DNA from: an uncultured Gammaproteobacteria bacterium
Lineage (GTDB): Bacteria; Pseudomonadota; Gammaproteobacteria; UBA9214
Assembly: GCA_963827755.1 (NCBI GenBank)
Contig: CAWHCQ010000024.1
Coordinates: forward strand, 1-11,801
Length of the DNA stretch: 11,801 bases
Direction of reading: 5' to 3'
The position numbers and the translations under genes were made by a program. Positions 9,241 through 11,801 of the stretch are shown piece by piece (positions within the stretch are counted from its first letter, which is position 1; each line of letters starts with the position of its first letter). The notes beneath the pieces were generated by a model, which saw only the letters and a list, made by a program, of their open reading frames with translations, had not been told where the DNA came from and searched no databases.

Positions 9241-10104
9241 TTGCATAATTTCGCAAACGCGCAACAACAAGCCGGGTGGCGGCAGGCACTTAACCCCCCC
9301 ATCTACCTGGTGTCGGTGCTGCCCGGCCTCGGGGTGTTGTTAATCGCGGGAGATACTCCGCTTTGGCTTGCGGGCCTGGTGCCTGCTACGCTTGCCGTGG
9401 TCCTGCTGCAGCATGCGATCAATCTCCTGAACGACGTCAGTGACTGGCGCCTGGGTGCGGACACCGAAAAGTTCGACTCCTGGGTCAGGGCACATGGCGA
9501 AGACACCCGCCTTGCATCATTGCACGGGCTGGTCAGTGCACTGGCCGGAACATTACTGGGCACAGGTTTGCTGGCCTGGTCCGGCAGACTCTGGATACTG
9601 CTGATCGCTGTGCCCATGGTGGTGCTCGGCTATCTCTACAATGCCGGACCCCGGCCGCTGTCGTACACCTTTCTGGGGGAATGGGTCACCGGCCTGTGCT
9701 ATGGCCCCGGCGTATTCGGCTGCCTGTGGCTGCTGGCGGGTCTGCAGATACAGCCGGCGACGGGTCTGGGAGCACTGGCCTTCGCTGCACTGGCGATGGC
9801 GCTGCTGCTGTCTCATCAACCGCCCCAGATCGAAACCGATCGCGCTGCGGGCAAACACTCCTTTGCCGTGCGCTATGGTGCACTACGTACCTACCAGGCC
9901 GCGCGGTGGCTTGCAGTCCTGTTTCTTGTCAGTACGGGTGTCGGCATCGGTTTCGGTGAAAATACTGCATTGACTGTCACTGTCTTTGCAATGACCGGCC
10001 TGGCCAGCGTCGTCTTTTTCTGGAGGTCGCAGCCGAATCCCGGGCATATCCTGTTACCTTCGGCGGGTGTCATCGTCGCAAGCCTGCTAGCAAGCATGAT
10101 GTGA
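9241..10104 (+). CDS. UbiA-superfamily prenyltransferase, MenA-like
   Basis: Multi-TM 287 aa. First Asp-rich motif NLLNDVSDWRLGAD, GYLYNAGPRPLSYTFLGE, and second motif QIETDRAAGKHSFAVRYG. TTG start 19 nt after the upstream stop, with a weak SD. Confidence 0.87.
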   Translation: MHNFANAQQQAGWRQALNPPIYLVSVLPGLGVLLIAGDTPLWLAGLVPATLAVVLLQHAINLLNDVSDWRLGADTEKFDSWVRAHGEDTRLASLHGLVSALAGTLLGTGLLAWSGRLWILLIAVPMVVLGYLYNAGPRPLSYTFLGEWVTGLCYGPGVFGCLWLLAGLQIQPATGLGALAFAALAMALLLSHQPPQIETDRAAGKHSFAVRYGALRTYQAARWLAVLFLVSTGVGIGFGENTALTVTVFAMTGLASVVFFWRSQPNPGHILLPSAGVIVASLLASMM

Positions 10105-10215
10105 TGGATTTTGCCCGGTCTCCTCACATGGTTGAGTTAATCTTCAAATCGAGATTATGATAAAATTACGCAGGTAACGGGCGTTCCCCGGTTACTGTCA
10201 TCAGGGAGTAAAATC

Positions 10216-10449
10216 GTGAAAACACTTGCTCAAGTTTTGTTCTGGTTCGGTATTGTCTCCATCCCCCTTTCCTGGATCGCATGGTTCATTGCCCCGGAAA
10301 TAGGGAGGGAAGTCATGGCAGGAATCTCCGACCCCGCTCTTCGTGCTGTGATGGAGGAGGCACATCGCGAGCGCTGGGGCATTTACGTTGGCCACTGGCC
10401 ACCGACGATGCTCATCCTCAGCTATATCCTGGACAAGAAAGCGGGTTGA
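10216..10449 (+). CDS. Small membrane protein of unknown function (77 aa)
   Basis: GGGAG SD before GTG. Two hydrophobic segments and a conserved-looking ERWGIYVGHWPPTMLIL motif. A strong hairpin follows the stop. Confidence 0.75.
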   Translation: MKTLAQVLFWFGIVSIPLSWIAWFIAPEIGREVMAGISDPALRAVMEEAHRERWGIYVGHWPPTMLILSYILDKKAG

Positions 10450-10455
10450 CGATTG

Positions 10456-10479
10456 CTTCGCGGGCAATTGCCCGCGAAG
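10456..10479. terminator. Perfect 24-bp palindrome/hairpin just after the small-protein stop (possible terminator or 3' stabiliser)
   Basis: CTTCGCGGGCAATTGCCCGCGAAG is self-complementary and starts 6 nt after the TGA. It has no U-tract. Confidence 0.45.
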
Positions 10480-10834
10480 ACTGCAAAACCACTGCGGCAG
10501 GCCGCCTGTCATGTCGCTTGCGGGTATCGCCAGGCCGGCAAAATCTGTATGCAGGGATAAACACCCTGCGTGGCAGTTTTTTATCTTTTCTGTTCCATTG
10601 GTTTATACCCTGCCCTGTTGGTATTTCCTTCTCCAGTGCGGTAACCCGGGATGTTCCCGTCATCCTCCCGGGGAAATACTGACGCTCTCGGCACGGCCTG
10701 ACTTACACCTCGAACCGGCAGCATCTGCTGCCAAAAACAGCCGGTACATCTCATAATGCAAATACATTTGGCAGCCCGTACAACAACGACTGCTATTTAC
10801 ACAATAGCCACACACATCCACCACGGAAGGCGGG

Positions 10835-11383
10835 ATGCGCTATCAGAACAGGCAAACAGGCGGCTTCACCCTGCTGGAATTACTGGTCACCCTGACTGTT
10901 GCCATAACGCTGACCCTCGGCGCTGCCAGCAGCCTCAGCTGGCTCCTCCAGGAAACCCGCATGGTCGCAGACATCAACCGCTTTGTCAGCGCATTGCAGC
11001 TTGCCCGCAACGAGTCGGTCACGCATGCGCGCAAAATCGTACTCTGCCCGAGCGCGGACGGCGAAAATTGCGGCAACAGCAGCGAGTGGAACAGCGGCTG
11101 GATACTGTTCCAGAGTGACGACAGGGAATACGATGCAAATGAACGGCTGATCCGGCGCGGCGCTGCCCTGCAGTCCGGCATCAGGCTGAATGCCAGCAAC
11201 CATCGCAAGCGGATCGTCTACCAGCAGAATGGCAGCAGCGGCGGGAGCAACAGCTCGTTCACCTTCTGTGACAGCCGGAAAAAAGCAAAACCCAGGACCA
11301 TCTGCCTCTCCAACACCGGTCGCCCGCGCCTTAGCCGGAGGCGCTGCAACGGCAAGCCGATCGACTGTTCATCCATGATATAG
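10835..11383 (+). CDS. fimT: FimT/GspH-family type IV minor pilin
   Basis: Prepilin cleavage site G|FTLLELL with E5, followed by LQLARNESV, IVLCPS, WNSGWILF, SFTFCD and a basic C-terminal GRPR. Confidence 0.9.
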   Translation: MRYQNRQTGGFTLLELLVTLTVAITLTLGAASSLSWLLQETRMVADINRFVSALQLARNESVTHARKIVLCPSADGENCGNSSEWNSGWILFQSDDREYDANERLIRRGAALQSGIRLNASNHRKRIVYQQNGSSGGSNSSFTFCDSRKKAKPRTICLSNTGRPRLSRRRCNGKPIDCSSMI

Positions 11384-11412
11384 ACGGAATCGGGCCATGA
11401 CGGCCGGCTTCA

Positions 11413-11442
11413 TTGACCAAAAAGCCGCCAATCCAGTATGAT
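11413..11442 (+). promoter_or_regulatory. Sigma70-type promoter for tRNA-Asn
   Basis: TTGACC (11413-11418), 18-nt spacer, TATGAT (11437-11442), followed by the GC-rich discriminator GCGCCC typical of stable-RNA promoters. Confidence 0.7.
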
Positions 11443-11466
11443 GCGCCCTCTTGCAAGGTTCTCCAT

Positions 11467-11542
11467 TCCCCGGTAGCTCAGTTGGTAGAGCGGGTGACTG
11501 TTAATCACTAGGTCGGCGGTTCGAGCCCGTCCCGGGGAGCCA
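11467..11542 (+). tRNA. tRNA-Asn(GTT)
   Basis: TCCCCGG acceptor stem pairs with CCGGGGA. D-arm GCTC/GAGC, anticodon loop CTGTTAA, T-loop TTCGAGC, encoded CCA; 76 nt. Confidence 0.98.
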
Positions 11543-11592
11543 TCTTCCAAATCTTCCACTTACGTCACCCATCAGGTGGCCATAGTGACTGA

Positions 11593-11768
11593 CCATAAGA
11601 CCGATAGTCACCGGGTCGGCGGCGAGGGATCACATGGCAGAGGTTGACCGGTGGGCGGCAATCGAGGCCGTCCCGGGGAGCCATCTTCAAATTCTTGCAC
11701 TTACGACGTCTTTCGGGCGGCATCGCGGTGTGCCATTGAGTGTCCATAAGACCGTTAGTCACCGGGTC
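11593..11768 (+). repeat. Second direct-repeat pair downstream of each att-like copy
   Basis: CCATAAGACCG(A/T)TAGTCACCGGGTC occurs at 11593-11617 and 11744-11768 (24 of 25 identical). Confidence 0.8.
11668..11688 (+). repeat. Direct repeat of the tRNA-Asn 3' end (att-like site)
   Basis: CCGTCCCGGGGAGCCATCTTC is identical to 11527-11547 (21 nt, offset 141). Degenerate similarity continues to CACTTACG in both copies. Confidence 0.85.
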
Positions 11769-11801
11769 ACCCCTGTTGTGCCTTCCCCGTCCAGCAGACG
11801 G

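Noticed and set aside
10281-10756. ORFs 10281-10682, 10388-10756 and 10418-10663
   Set aside because: No motifs or SD, they overlap the better-supported 77-aa gene, and the region looks intergenic with several weak hairpins that I could not assign to a known ncRNA.
11527-11768. Repeats after tRNA-Asn as a CRISPR array or a second tRNA gene
   Set aside because: There are only two units, they derive from the tRNA 3' end, no cas genes are present, and the second copy lacks D and anticodon arms.

Overview
GC-rich, gammaproteobacterium-like chromosomal window. A housekeeping backbone (5' end of thrS, tRNA-Val(GAC), uvrB, a divergent class I/II aminotransferase, and at the far end an orphan fimT and tRNA-Asn(GTT)) surrounds an accessory block at about 4.0-10.8 kb. 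The block holds three things. (1) A tetraheme cytochrome c / Tat-exported Fe-S protein / NrfD membrane-anchor operon with no catalytic molybdo-subunit; two of its three genes show an apparent +1 frameshift just after their N-terminal segment. (2) A pentapeptide-repeat protein. (3) A co-oriented cluster of a Coq10/RatA START protein, an internally symmetric diiron protein matching symerythrin (including Phe and Val at the self-crosslink positions), a prenyltransferase with cyanobacterial-type MenA motifs, and a small membrane protein. Cluster (3) is the best candidate for an undescribed system, possibly quinone/prenyl-aromatic synthesis or modification. Non-coding signals include a tRNA-Thr anticodon-mimic hairpin in the thrS leader, a GTAG-type REP doublet, and tandem att-like remnants after tRNA-Asn. 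All family assignments come from motif recognition; no searches were run.
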